64,000 bases of DNA from Chiloscyllium plagiosum (lineage: Eukaryota). This document shows, one piece after another, positions 26,216-39,245 of the stretch. Below the pieces are notes generated by a model, which did not search any database, had not been told where the DNA came from, and saw only the letters and a list, made by a program, of their open reading frames with translations. The stretch is from the NCBI RefSeq assembly GCF_004010195.1, contig NC_057720.1:17828964-17892963 (forward strand). Reading direction: 5' to 3'. The position numbers were made by a program, and so were the translations under genes. Numbering within the stretch: the stretch's first letter is position 1; every line of letters begins with the position of its first letter.

Positions 26216-26799
26216 TATCATGAAGGGGTTTGTCAGGATACATATCAAGATTCAAAATGCAAGATATCACTATGAGAATGTGGAATTTGCTGTAGTAACA
26301 ATTTGCATTTATTAAAGTACCTTTTTAAAGTAGTAAACATCTTCAACATGCTTCTCAGGAATGTTGTCAAACAAAATTTGATGGTAAACCACATAGCCAA
26401 AATGATCTTCCACAAAGAGTTTCCAAAGGGCCCAAACAGATCTACAGGAATAAGTGGATCAGAAAAGCGAAACTATCCTTTATCCAAAAATCAGTTGTTC
26501 GAGATTTTCAGATAAAGAATTCCCAGCCTGTATAATAACATTTATGTGGAACATCTGTCATTTTTAAGATATATCAGTCTTATAGGAAGGAGGTGATGAG
26601 GGAGTGAAACTTGGAGAAAGTTTGGAGGAAACATTTTGGGAAGTGGGGGGATAATAGGAGCACGAGAATATGCTTTTGCCAACTTTATTAAACTGAAGCC
26701 AAATTCTGAGCACAGGAGAAGGTATCAATCAGTCAGCGCCTTCTTTCCCCGCGCCTTCTTTCCCCACGCCCCCCCAAAAAAAGCCTATTCTCCATTCAG

Positions 26800-29700
26800 T
26801 GAAGTCACAGATGTATAGCACGGAAACCAACCCTTCAGTTCAAACGGACCAGAAATCCTAAATTAATCTAGTCCCATTTGCCAGTGTTTGCCCCTTATCC
26901 ATCTAAACCCTTCCTATTCATATAACTAGCCAGGTGCCTTTTAAATGTTGTAATTGTACCACCCTCCACTACTTCCTCTTGCTGCTCATTCCATACACGC
27001 ACCACCCTCTGTGAAAAAGTTGCAATTGGGTCTCTTTTTAAATATTTCCTGTCTTACCTTAAACTTATGCCCTCTAGTTTTGGACTCACCCACCCCAGGG
27101 AAAAGACCTTGTCTATTTATCCTATCCATGCCCTTTTAAAATTTTATAAACCTCTATAAGGTCACCCATCAGCCTCTGACACTCCAGGGAAAATAGCCCT
27201 AGTCTATTTAGCCTATCCCTATAGCTCAAGCCCTCCAACCCAGGCAACATCCTCAATAAGTCTTTTCTGAATCCACTTAAGTTTCACAACATCCTTCCTA
27301 TAGCAGGGATATCAGAACTACATGCAGTATTCCAAAAATGGCCCAACCAATGTACTGTATGGCTGCAACATGATCTCCTAACTCAATGCACTGACCAATA
27401 AAGTCATGCGTACCAAACACCACCTTCACTATCCTGTCTACCTGGGACTCCACTTTCAAGGAACTATGAACGTGCACTCCGAGGTCTCTTTGTTCAGCAA
27501 CACTCTCCAGCATTTTACTAAAGTGTATGAGGTACCTGACTTGCCTTTCCAAAATGCAGCACATCACATTTATCTAAATTAAACTCCATCTGCCACTCCT
27601 CGGCCCATTGGTCCATCTGATCAAGATCCCATTGTACTCTGAGGCAACCTTCTTCGCTGTACACTACACCTCTGATTTTAGTGTCATCTGCAAACTTACT
27701 AATCATACCTATGATCACATCCAAATCATTTATATAAATGACAAAAAGTAGTGGACCCAGCACCAATTCTTGTGGTACACCACAGGTCACAGGTCTCCAC
27801 TATGAAAAGCAACCCTCCAAAACCACCCTCTATCTTAGTTCTCCCTGTATTCCATATAGATCACGTCCACTGCTCTGCCTTTATCAATTCTCTTTGTTAC
27901 ATCTTCAAAAAACTCAATCAAGTTAGTCAGACACAATTTCCCGTGCACAAAGCCATGTTGACTATACATAATTAGTTCTTGCCTTACCAAGTACAAGTAA
28001 TTTCTGTCCCTCAGGATTCCCTCCAACAACTTGCCCAGTTCCCTGGCTTTTCCTTATCACCTTTCTTAAATAGTGGCATCACTTTAGCCAACCTCCAGTC
28101 TTCCAGAATCTCACCTGTGGCTATTGATGGTACAAACATCTCAGCAAGGGGCCCAGCAATCATTTCCCTAGTTTCCCAGAGTTCTAGGTTACACCTGATC
28201 AGGTCCAGGGGATTTATCCACCTTTGTGTTTCTAGTCATCCAGCAGCTCTGTAACATGGACATTTTTGAAGATGTCACCATCTATGTCCCTCCATTCTTT
28301 TTCATTCATGTCCTTCTCCACAATAAACACTGATGCAAAATACTTGTTTAGTATTTTCCCCCATCTCTTGCGGTTACACACCTAGGTGGCTTTGCTGATC
28401 TTCAGGAAGCCATATTCTGTCCCTAGTTACCCTTTTGTCCTTAATGTATCCCTTAACCCTATGATTCTCCTTAACCCTATTTGCCAAAGCGATCTCATGT
28501 CCCCTTTTTGCCCTCCTGATTTCTCTCTTAAGGATACTCCTACTGCCTTTATATTCTTCTAAGGATTCACTCAATCTCTGTTGTCTATACCTGACATATG
28601 CTTCCTTCTTTTTCTTGACCAAAACCTAAATTTCTCTCATTATCCAGCATTCCCTACTCCTAACAGCCTTGCATTTCACCCTAACAGAAACATACTGTCT
28701 CTCGACTCTCGTTATCACATTTTTGACGGCTTTCCATTTTCTAGCCATCCCTTTACCTGCAAACATCTGCGCCCGGTCAGCTTTTGAAAGTTCTTCCTGA
28801 ATACTGTCAAAATTGGCCTTCCTTCAGTTTAGAACAATTTAAAAGGTCTGTCCTTTTCCATCACTATTTTAAAACTAATAGAATTATGGTCGCTGGTGCC
28901 AAAGTGCTCTACCATTGACACCTTGGTCACCTGCCCTGCATTAATTTCCAAGAGTAGGTCACATTTTGCACCTTCTTTGGTAGGTACATCCACATACTGA
29001 ATCAGAACATTTTCTTGTACACACTTAACAAATTCCTCTCTATCCAAGCGCTTAACTCTATAGCAGTCCCAGTTTATGTTTGGAAAGTTAAAATCCCCTA
29101 CCATAACCACCCTATTATTCTTAGAGATAACTGAGATCTCCTTACAAATTTGTTTCTCAATTTCCCATTGACTACTTGGGGGTTCTATAGTATAACTAGG
29201 AGAAAGTCTGCAACACCATTGCCGTCATGCATGATGTCACTTCCGCCTATGTGGGCACTACTGTAGACCCTACTTCAGCCCCTTGGTGGGTGTCACTTCC
29301 ATTGGTGACACCACTCCTGACTCCATAACCACACCCACACAAGTGACAGTCTCTGCCCTGACACTCAGTTCTGGTCCACCCCAGGTCCTAGATCCCAGCC
29401 CTGCCATGTTTTTACTATTTCCCCCAGACCTTCCCCTCACTGAAAATGAACATTTAGTCCTCAGCAAAGGCCTCCCCTTCGTCCCTATATGTTCCCAGAT
29501 TAATGACTTCGACATGTGTTGTGACCTTTAACATTTCTTCTGCTGCCACTGCCTCCCGGCCCACTTTTTCCATTAAGACCACCGCCTGCCCATCCACTGA
29601 AGGCCCCTTGTCTCACCTCCAACACACCCCATCCACCTGGACACCTCGTGCTGGCCTGTTACCCACCCTTGACCTCCTCATTTCTAACTGCCACGGTGAC

Positions 29701-32700
29701 AGTGACCGCCTCAACCTGTCCACTCCACTTGTCCACTCCAACCTCCCACCCTTGCAATGCACAGCCCTCCATTCCTTCCGCTCCAACCCAAACATCACCA
29801 TCAAACCCTCGGACAAGGGGGGTGCGCTATGGTAGTTTGGCACACCAACCTCTACACTGGTGAAGCCATGTGCCAACTTGCAGACATCACCGACTACTTC
29901 CTTGACCACGACCTCACCTCCCATCATCTCCCAGACCATCCACAACCTCATCATCTCTGGGGATCTCCCATCCACAGCCTCCAACCTCCATATCCGCATA
30001 TCCTGTACCACCCGATTGTACCTCCGACCAAAGATCCACAAACCTGACTTCCCCGGTCAACCCATTGTCTCCACCTGTTCCTATCCCACTGAACTCCTCT
30101 CCGCATACCTTAACACTGTCCTGTCTCCCTTAGTCCAGGAACACCCTTCACCACCTCCAAGACTTTTGTTTCCCTGGCCCCCTACACCTTATCTTCACCA
30201 TGGACATCCAGTCCCTGTACACATCTATCACCATGATGAAGACCTCCAAGCCCTCTATTTCTTCCTTTCACGCCATTCCAACCATCGCCCTTCCACTAAT
30301 ATCCTCATTCGCCTGGCTGAACTGGTCCTCACCCTTAACGACTTCTTCCAATCCTCCCACTTCCTCCAAATCAAAGGGGTAGCCATGGGCACCAATTATG
30401 CCTGTCTCTTTATTGGATATGTGGAACAGTCCATCATCCCAACACCACCTCCCCACCTTTTCCTCTGCTGCATCGATGACTGACTGGCTGTATTGGCGCT
30501 ACCTTGTTCTCTCAAGGAACTTGAACACTTCATCAACTTCATTAACATCTTTCACCCTGACCTCAAATTCACCTGGACCATCTCTGACACCTCCCTCCCC
30601 TTCCTGGACCTCTCCATCTCCACCTCTGGTGACTGACTAACCACGGACATCTACTACAAAACCACAAACTCCCACAGCTACCTGTACTACACCTCCTCCC
30701 ACCCTACCTCCTATAAAACCGCCATCCATTATTCCCAATTCCTCTGCCTCAGTCGTACCTGTTCCCAGGATAACCAATTCCACCTTATAAAATCCCAGAT
30801 GGCCTCCTTCAAAGACTACACTTTCCCCTCTCACGTGGCCGACGATGCCCTCCAGTGCATTTTCTCCACTTCCTGCACCTCCACCCTTGAACCCATTCCT
30901 CCCAATGCAACAAGGACAAAACCCCCTGGTCCTCACCTTCCATCCCACCAACCTCTGTATACATCGTATCATCCTCTGCCACTGCCACCACTTACAAGTA
31001 GACCCTACTACCAGGGACACACATCCCTCCCCACATCTAACCACATTCCAGAGAGACCATTCCCTCCACAATTCCCTTGTCAGATCCACGCCCACCCCCT
31101 ACCATCACCAGCCACCTCCCAGTCACGTCACATTCCCCAGTCACCGCAGGAACTGCAAAACCTGCACCGACCTCTCCCCCTCACCTCCGTCCAAGGATCC
31201 TTCCACATCCGACAGAAATTTACCTGAACCTCCACCAATGCAATCTACTGTATCCATTGTACCCAATGTGGTTTCCTCTACATTGGGGAGACAGGACGCC
31301 AACATATGGAATTTTCAGAGAACATCTCTGGGACACCTGCACCAACCATCCCCACCGCCCATGGCTGAACACTTCAACTCCCCCTCCCATTCCGTCAAAG
31401 ATATGCAGGTCCAGGGCCGCCTCCTTCGCCAAACCCTTACCACCCGATGCCTGGAGGAAGAATGCCTCATCTTCTGCCATAGGGCCCTGCAACTACATGG
31501 GATGTGGATTTCACCAATTTCCTCCTTTCTCATCTCCCCACATTATTCCAATCCCATGCCTCCAACTTGGCACTGCCCTCTTGACCTGTTCGTCGCCTTT
31601 CCCATCCATCTGCTCCACCCTCCTCTCTGACCTATAACCTTCTTCCTGTCTTCATCTACCTANNNNNNNNNNNNNNNNNNNNNNNNNNNNNNNNNNNNNN
31701 NNNNNNNNNNNNNNNNNNNNNNNNNNNNNNNNNNNNNNNNNNNNNNNNNNNNNNNNNNNNNNNNNNNNNNNNNNNNNNNNNNNNNNNNNNNNNNNNNNNN
31801 NNNNNNNNNNNNNNNNNNNNNNNNNNNNNNNNNNNNNNNNNNNNNNNNNNNNNNNNNNNNNNNNNNNNNNNNNNNNNNNNNNNNNNNNNNNNNNNNNNNN
31901 NNNNNNNNNNNNNNNNNNNNNNNNNNNNNNNNNNNNNNNNNNNNNNNNNNNNNNNNNNNNNNNNNNNNNNNNNNNNNNNNNNNNNNNNNNNNNNNNNNNN
32001 NNNNNNNNNNNNNNNNNNNNNNTTTCCCCCTGTCTCCCCAATGTATCTCTCAGCCCGCTGGCCTACAAGCCTAATTCCTGATGAAGGGCTTATGCCCAAA
32101 ATGTCGACTCTCCTGTTCCTCGGATGCTGCCTGACCTCCTGTATCTTTCCAGCACCATCATAATCCTAATAAGTCCATTTCTTATTTGTCAGTTCCACAC
32201 AAATAACTTCGCTGCATGATTTCCAGGAATATTCTCCCTAAATACAGCTGTAATGTTATCCCTAATTAAAAATGCTACACTCCCTCTTGTGTCTCTGTAC
32301 CCTGCAACATTAAGTTGCTGGTCCTGTCCATCTCTGAGCCACTTCTCTGTAATTGCTATGAGCTCCCACTGCCATGTTCTCAACCATGTCCTGAGTTAAT
32401 CTGCCTTACATGTTAGGCCTCTTGCATCAAAATAAATGCAGTTTAGTTTATCAGTCCTAACTTGTTCTCGGCTTTGCTCCTATCTGCCCTGACTGTTGAC
32501 TTGCTCCTTCTCCCAACTGTTACCAGTCTCCGACTGATCTCCCCTGCATCAGCTCCTCAGCCATGCATTCATCTGCTCTCTTCTCCAATTACTGCTCTCA
32601 CTACCTCATGGCACCAGGAGTAATCCAGATATTACTACCCTTGAGGATTTTCTTTTTTTAAATTCTTACCTAACTTCCTATATTTCCTCCTCCAGAATCT

Positions 32701-33945
32701 CATCCTTTTCTCTTCCTATGTTATTAGTTCCAACGTGTACAATGACCTGCTGATGGTCCCTCTCACCTTTGAGAATATTCTGCACCCTCTCAGAGATATC
32801 CTTGATCCTGGCACCGGAGAGGCAACACATCATTCTAATGTTACGCTGTCAGCCGCAGAAACATCAGTCAGTGTCCCGATTGGAGAGTCCCTTATCACAA
32901 TCGTTCGCTTGGAATCTGACGTACCCCTCGTTATATTAGAGCCAGTCTCAATACCAGAACTTGGCAGTCAGTGCTACGTTCCCCTGAAAGTTCATCACCC
33001 CCTACATTTTCCAAAGCAGCATACTTGTTTAAGATGGGGATAGCCACAGGGTACCCCTGCATGACCAGCCTCCCTCTCCTACCTTTCCTGGAATTAATTT
33101 ACTTACCTGACTATATCTGTAGTTTTTCTCCCTTCCTACAACTGCCATTCATCACAACCCCTAGCTTCTGTAGATTCCTCATTGCCTCTAACTGCCACTC
33201 CAACCGATCCAAGCGATCGATAGGATTCACAACAAAATAGACTTCCTGCAGATATAATCATCATTAACATGGAATCTCTCCCTAATCTCCCACATCCAAC
33301 AGGGAGAGCGTGTCACTCTACTAAAGACCATCTTTGCACCTGAAAAATCTATGGACCCAGAAAATAGCACAATCTTATTGCTCTGGGAAAAAAAACACTG
33401 CTCCAGACTAACTTAGTACCTATGTTTTATATTTTTAAAATGCAGTCAAGAGACAGCACTCAATAAAACATATAATCAAAAAAGAACCCACTCTATTCAC
33501 TATTGTAGATTTACAAAAAAAAATTATGCTTAAGAACTAAATGATTAACTGCTCCCTGCTGTGAGCTCTCCCGCACAGGGTTTCTCCAGGTCAGCTATGA
33601 ATTTCACTTTGTTAATTTTTCTTAGACGCACCCCAATATCCAGTGGTACTTGAACTCAAACAACAGAGGCAGTAACTGAATATTCAGTGCTGAGTAAGAC
33701 AGCAGTGTAGGTTTCTTTCCCATTTGAATCACTTCCCATTTGGTCTCGACCTTTTATCTCTCTCCCTCTTTTTTTTTAAAACTGCCTTTTGTTTTGATTT
33801 TTTTCCCCCCAAATTACAAAACAATTCAATAACTTAGAAAACAGTAATTACTGTTCCTGGAATTTGAGGAAATTGGCTCCAAAACTGAAAATACCTCAGA
33901 AGGAGTAGCTCTTAAAGCAACAGTTTTTTCCCATCCTCCATCTTT
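26800..33945 (-). mobile_element. Near full-length decayed CR1/HER1 LINE (5' UTR, ORF1, EN, RT, 3' UTR) interrupted by a PLE
   Basis: ORFs 27518..27790 ([28 protein letters not shown]), 27835..28029, 28374..28622, 28829..29110 (GDFNFPNINW, SDHN), 32189..32383 (IAITEKWL); ORF1-like and UTR sequence continues to about 33945. Confidence 0.88.
29197..32160 (+). mobile_element. Long PLE family A copy (Neptune-like by its Cys motif): RT, GIY-YIG, terminal repeat; pseudogenised
   Basis: IKPSDKGG, LYLRPKIHKPDFPGQPIVS, QIKGVAMGT, CIDD, RRNCKTC, and atctactgtatc..ctacattggggagacagga (IYCI..YIGETG); CpG-decayed hammerhead at 32078-32105. Confidence 0.92.
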
Positions 33946-34711
33946 GATTACCCAGAATCCTTTTTCCCCCATGGCTGATTGGTGACCTAACTCCCGATGT
34001 ACCTTTTGGCCAGATCCTTTAGACCTGGAATTCACCTAATCCCAACCACTGAATGTCATTTAACATTGAATCCACGTTCTGTTGAAGTTTTTAAAAGATC
34101 CTAATGGACAAATTCTTGATTGTGCACTAAAAATGTTTTGTTTTTAAGTAATAAAATTAAATATTAAGAGGTAACCTACAGTAAGTACTTGCCCAAAGTT
34201 AATCTTGTTTTCCTTTTCTATAAAATTAAACCAAGTTCTTTTATGTTTAGATGACCATCAGGATTTATTTCCTTAGCTTAGATATAGTTTTGTAATGTAT
34301 TTATTCAGTACAGCATACCACAAATGGGAATCCTGCACTTAAGGTGAATGTTGCAGAGCCACCAGTAGTGGGAGTAGTTGCCCAATTGACACTGGAGTTC
34401 AATTTCATTTGAAAAACATTTGTCTGAAACGTATATCTCAAATTGAATTTGCTGTTAATTTAAAAAAACTCCAATCCCTACTGGTAATTTTAATGTATAG
34501 AATTAAAATATTTTTACAATATTTAATATTTGAATGCCTGTTTGGATTAAAATTTTTAATGTAATATTTGTACACTATAACATTAATAGACAATAATCTT
34601 TATTGAAATGCAAGTAGTTTAGAACCTTCTGCACAGAGATTATATGAAATACTTCACTTAAATGAGGATAAATAAGTTGGAAGATAAAATCCATTTCAAT
34701 GTTTGTATAAA

Positions 34712-35458
34712 GATTTGTAGCTCGAGTGGCAGTTGTCGCAGTTGTGGGTATGTTCACCGAACTGGGAAGTTGATTTGCAGATGTTTCGTCCCCTACTTGA
34801 ACTCAAACAACAGAGGCAGTAACTGAATATTCAGTGCTGAGTAAGATAGCAATGTAGGTTTCTTTCCCATTTGAATCACTTCCCATTTGGTCTCGACCTT
34901 TTATCTCTCTCCCTCTTTTTTTTTTTTAAAACTGCCTTTTGTTTTGATTTTTTTCCCCCAAAATTACAAAACAGGTGACATCTTCAGTGCTTTGGAGCTT
35001 CTTGTGAAGTGCTGCTGTACTGTGTCTTCTGGATTTTATTTGGTTCCCATTCCTGCTGCTTCCGATTGCTGTTTCCAGTTGTTCTTTGTAGTAGCTGATA
35101 TATTGGCTCTAGGTCAATGTGCTTGTTGATGGAAATCATGGTGGAGTGCCAAGCTTCTAGAAATTCTCTGGCTGTCCTATGTTTAGCTTGTCCTATGAGC
35201 TGTCCTAGAACAGCCAGAGAACTTCCAGAAGCATGGCATTCAGCCACAGACTCCATCAACAAGCACATTGACCTGGATCCAATGTACCGGACGCTACAAT
35301 GAACAACCGAAAGCAGAAGAATTGGAACCAAATAAATTCCAGAAGGTGTAGTACAGCAGCGCTTCACAGGAGGCTCCAAAGCATTGAAGATGTCACCGAG
35401 ACAGGCGACGAAATATCTGCAAATCAACTTCCCAGCACAGTGAACATTCTCACAACCA
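34712..35458. mobile_element. PLE family B fold-back element
   Basis: Mirror halves meeting near 35197, both reading TARE(F/L)xEAWHS..SINKHIDL; hammerhead motif in each arm. Confidence 0.85.
35381..35420 (+). ncRNA. Decayed hammerhead motif, PLE family B
   Basis: GCA-TTGAAGA-TGTCACCgagacAGGCGAC-GAAA-TATC-TGC; the minus-strand copy at 34777-34990 retains CTGAAGA and GAAAC. Confidence 0.6.
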
Positions 35459-36020
35459 CGATAAAAGCCATTTCTTTGTTTCCAATGACAAGTTAAACCA
35501 AGCTGGAAAAGTTTATTTAAGCAAGCAGAGCCACCGAGGTAAATTATTTCAACCTTAAATTCAGTAATAAGCCATTCCAGCATGCATCTAATTTTTGTGC
35601 TTTTCAAAGCATTGATTTTTTTTCTTTTTGAGAGGTGTGGTGAGCTGCCTTCTTGAACCACTGTAATCCACCTGCTGTGGGTTGACTCACAATGCCATTA
35701 GGGAGGGAATTCTGGGATTTTGACCCAGCACCCGTGAAGGAACGGTGTATATTTCCAAGTCAGGATGGTGAGTGACTTGGAGGGGAACTTGAAGGTGGTG
35801 GTGTTCCCATTTACCTGCTACCCTTGTACTTCGAGATGGAAATGGTTGTGTGTTTGGAAGGTGCTGTCTGAGGATCTTTGAATTTCTGTAGTGCATCTTG
35901 TAGATACGACACACTGCTGCTACTGAACGTTGGTGGTTGAGGTAGTGGATGTAGTGACAATCAAGTGAGCTGCTTTGTCCTGGTTGGCGTCAAGCTTCTT
36001 GAGTGTTGTTGGAGCTACTC

Positions 36021-36985
36021 TGAATCATAGACTCAGAGATGTACCGCACGGAAACAGACCTTATGGTCCAACTCATCCATGCCAACCAGATATCTCATTC
36101 CAATATGGTCCCACTTGCCAGCACCCAGCCCATATCCCTCCAAACCCTTCCTATACGTACACCCATACAGATGCCTTTTAAATGTTGCAATTGTACGAGC
36201 CTCCACCACTTCCTTTGGCAGCCCATTTCACACATGCGCCACCCTCTGTGTGAAAATGTTGTCCCTTGGGTCCCTTTTATATCTTTCCCCCCTCACCCTA
36301 AACCTATGCCCTCTAGTTCTGGACTCCCCCACCTCTGTAAGGTCACCCCTCAGCTCCAGGGAAAACAGCCCAGCCTATTCAATCTTTCTGTCTAGCTCAA
36401 ATCCTCCAACACTGGCAACACCCTTGTAAGTCTTCTCTAAACTCTTTCAAGTTTCACAACATCCTTCCGATAGGAAGGAGACCAGAATTGAACGCAATAT
36501 TCCAATAGTGGCCTAACCAGTGTCCTGTACAGCCACAACATGACCTCCCAACTCCTGCACTCAATACTCTGACAAATTAAGGAAAGCATATCAAACACCT
36601 GCTTCACTATCCTATCTACCTACGACTCTACTTTCAAGGAGCTATGAACCTGCACTCTGAGGTCTTTGTTCAGCAACACTCTCTAAGACCTTACCATTAA
36701 GTGTAAAGGTTCCGCTAAGATTTGCTTTCCCAAAACGTAGCACCTCTTATTTAAACTCCATCTGCCACTCCTCAATCTATTGGCCCATCTGATCAAGATC
36801 CCGTTGTAATCTGAGGTAACCCTCTTCGCTGTCCACTACATCTCCAATTTTGGTGTCATCTGCAAACTTACTAACTATACCTCTTGTGCTCCCATCCAAA
36901 TCATTTATATAAATGACGAAAAGTAATGGACCCAACACTGATCCTTGTGGCACACCACTGGACACAGGCCTCCAGTCTAAAAAAC
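36021..36985 (-). mobile_element. CR1 LINE, 5'-truncated
   Basis: ORF 36777..36965 [32 protein letters not shown]. Confidence 0.92.
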
Positions 36986-37016
36986 ATTCATCCAGGCAAG
37001 TGGGGAGTATTCCATT

Positions 37017-38839
37017 TGAGAATGTGTATCGGGTATAAGCAGGCAGGGAAAGAGTTAAGTTCTGAGTTTTGTGAAACTAGATTCAGCTGAGCATGACTCA
37101 GATCAGATAAGGCAGCAACCAAGGAGCAGGAGAATCGATGTTTCGGGCATAAGCCCTTCTTCAGGAATGAGGAAAGTGTGTCCAGCAGGCTAAGATAAAA
37201 GGTAGGGAGGAGGGACTTGGGGAAGGGGTGTTGGACCGTCTCAGACTCCTCCCTCCCCTTCCTAGACCTTTCCATTTCTATCTCGGTGACCAAATCAACA
37301 CGGACATTTACTATAAACCGACCGACTCCCACAGATACCTAGACTATGCCTCCTTCCACACTGCCCCCTGTAAAAACGCCATCCCATATTCCTAATTCCT
37401 TCGTCTCCGCCGCATCTGCTCCCAGGAGGACCGGTTCCAATACTGTACAACCCAGATGGCCTCCTTTTTGAAAGACCGCAATTTCCCCCCAGATATGATC
37501 GACGATGCCCTCCACTGCATCTCCTCCACTTCCTGCTCCTCTGCCCTTGAGCCCCGCCCCTCCAACCGCCACCAGGACAGAACCCCACTGGTCCTCACCT
37601 ACCACCCCACCAACCTCCATATACAGCGTATCATCCGCCGTCATTTCTGCCACCTCCAAACGGACCCCACCACCAGGGATATATTTCCCTCCCCTCCCCT
37701 ATCAGCGTTCCGAAAAGACCANNNNNNNNNNNNNNNNNNNNNNNNNNNNNNNNNNNNNNNNNNNNNNNNNNNNNNNNNNNNNNNNNNNNNNNNNNNNNNN
37801 NNNNNNNNNNNNNNNNNNNNNNNNNNNNNNNNNNNNNNNNNNNNNNNNNNNNNNNNNNNNNNNNNNNNNNNNNNNNNNNNNNNNNNNNNNNNNNNNNNNN
37901 NNNNNNNNNNNNNNNNNNNNNNNNNNNNNNNNNNNNNNNNNNNNNNNNNNNNNNNNNNNNNNNNNNNNNNNNNNNNNNNNNNNNNNNNNNNNNNNNNNNN
38001 NNNNNNNNNNNNNNNNNNNNNNNNNNNNNNNNNNNNNNNNNNNNNNNNNNNNNNNNNNNNNNNNNNNNNNNNNNNNNNNNNNNNNNNNNNNNNNNNNNNN
38101 NNNNNNNNNNNNNNNNNNNNNNNNNNNNNNNNNNNNNNNNNNNNNNNNNNNNNNNNNNNNNNNNNNNNNNNNNNNNNNNNNNNNNNNNNNNNNNNNNNNN
38201 NNNNNNNNNNNNNNNNNNNNNNNNNNNNNNNNNNNNNNNNNNNNNNNNNNNNNNNNNNNNNNNNNNNNNNNNNNNNNNNTGCTGCCTGACCTGCTGCGCT
38301 TTTCCAGCAACACATTTTCAGCTCTGATCTCCAGCATCTGCAGTCCTCACTTTCTCCTCAGATCAGATAAGTACTTGCAGTTAACAATGGGGTGTTAGAG
38401 GCAAGGGTAATGGGTTAACAAGGTGGAAAAACAGTCATTATGTACAGCCATTTAACAATATTGACCTTGCATACTGAATGCTTCTAGCTATCAAGGTAAA
38501 AGTATCCATTGTATGAAACCAGTTAACATGGTTAAGAACATTCATTGTATAACAGTAACTGGCTTAGTCTCTGCTATTGATACTCGCTGATTGTATCGGT
38601 CACCCAATTAATATGTATGTTGCCTGATCTGGATGCTCCTCCCTATAAAATGATTATAGAGTTCATTGAGAAACTGTTGTTTGAGAGAAGACCGTGAAGT
38701 CATGTCTCTGTGCACGTGGGCGATCGTTCTCTATCCCTCCAGGGCCTGGAATAAAGATGGAGGTAAAACTACTGTGTTTCCGAGCATTTTGCTTTGACTG
38801 AGGCGCGGGGGGGGGGGGGTGGGGAATGGGATGACAACA
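37017..38839 (+). mobile_element. Probable solo LTR (about 560 bp once the PLE insert is removed)
   Basis: TG..CA ends, TATAAAA 38644-38650, AATAAA 38750-38755, GT-rich downstream segment; interrupts the host LINE between gtattccat and cacactcctg. Confidence 0.65.
37112..38356. mobile_element. Young PLE family A insertion with inverted 5' terminal repeat and 15-bp TSD
   Basis: TSD CTCAGATCAGATAAG at 37097-37111 and 38357-38371; CpG-rich RT C-terminus; minus-strand hammerhead at 37137-37164. Confidence 0.9.
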
Positions 38840-39041
38840 CCACACTCCTGACTTGTGCCTTGTTTTTGGTGGACAGGCTTTGAGAGGTCAAGGGGTGAGT
38901 TACTCGCTGCAGTATTCCTGACTTCTGACTTGCTCTTGTAGCCACTGCGTTTATTTGGTGAGTCCAGTTGAGTTTCTGGTCAATGATAATCCCCAGGATG
39001 TTGACAGTGGGGGATTCCGTGATGGTAATACCATTGAATGC

Positions 39042-39245
39042 TGAAAATGTGTTGCTGGAAAAGCGCAACAGGTCAGGCAGCATCCAAGGAGCAGGAGAAT
39101 CGACGTTTCGGGCATGAGCCCTTATTCAGGAAGGCCCTTCTTCGGGCTCATGCCCGAAACATTGATTCTCCTGCTCCTTGGATGCTGCTTGACCTGCTGC
39201 GCTTTTCAGCTCAGATCTCCAGCATCTGCAGTCCTCACTTTCTCC
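39042..39245. mobile_element. PLE family A fold-back mini-element, 16-bp TSD
   Basis: TSD TAATACCATTGAATGC at 39026-39041 and 39246-39261. Confidence 0.88.

Noticed and set aside
38803..38830. G-run as a functional G-quadruplex or polypurine tract
   Set aside because: Homopolymer within the putative LTR end; length unreliable in a draft assembly and no other support
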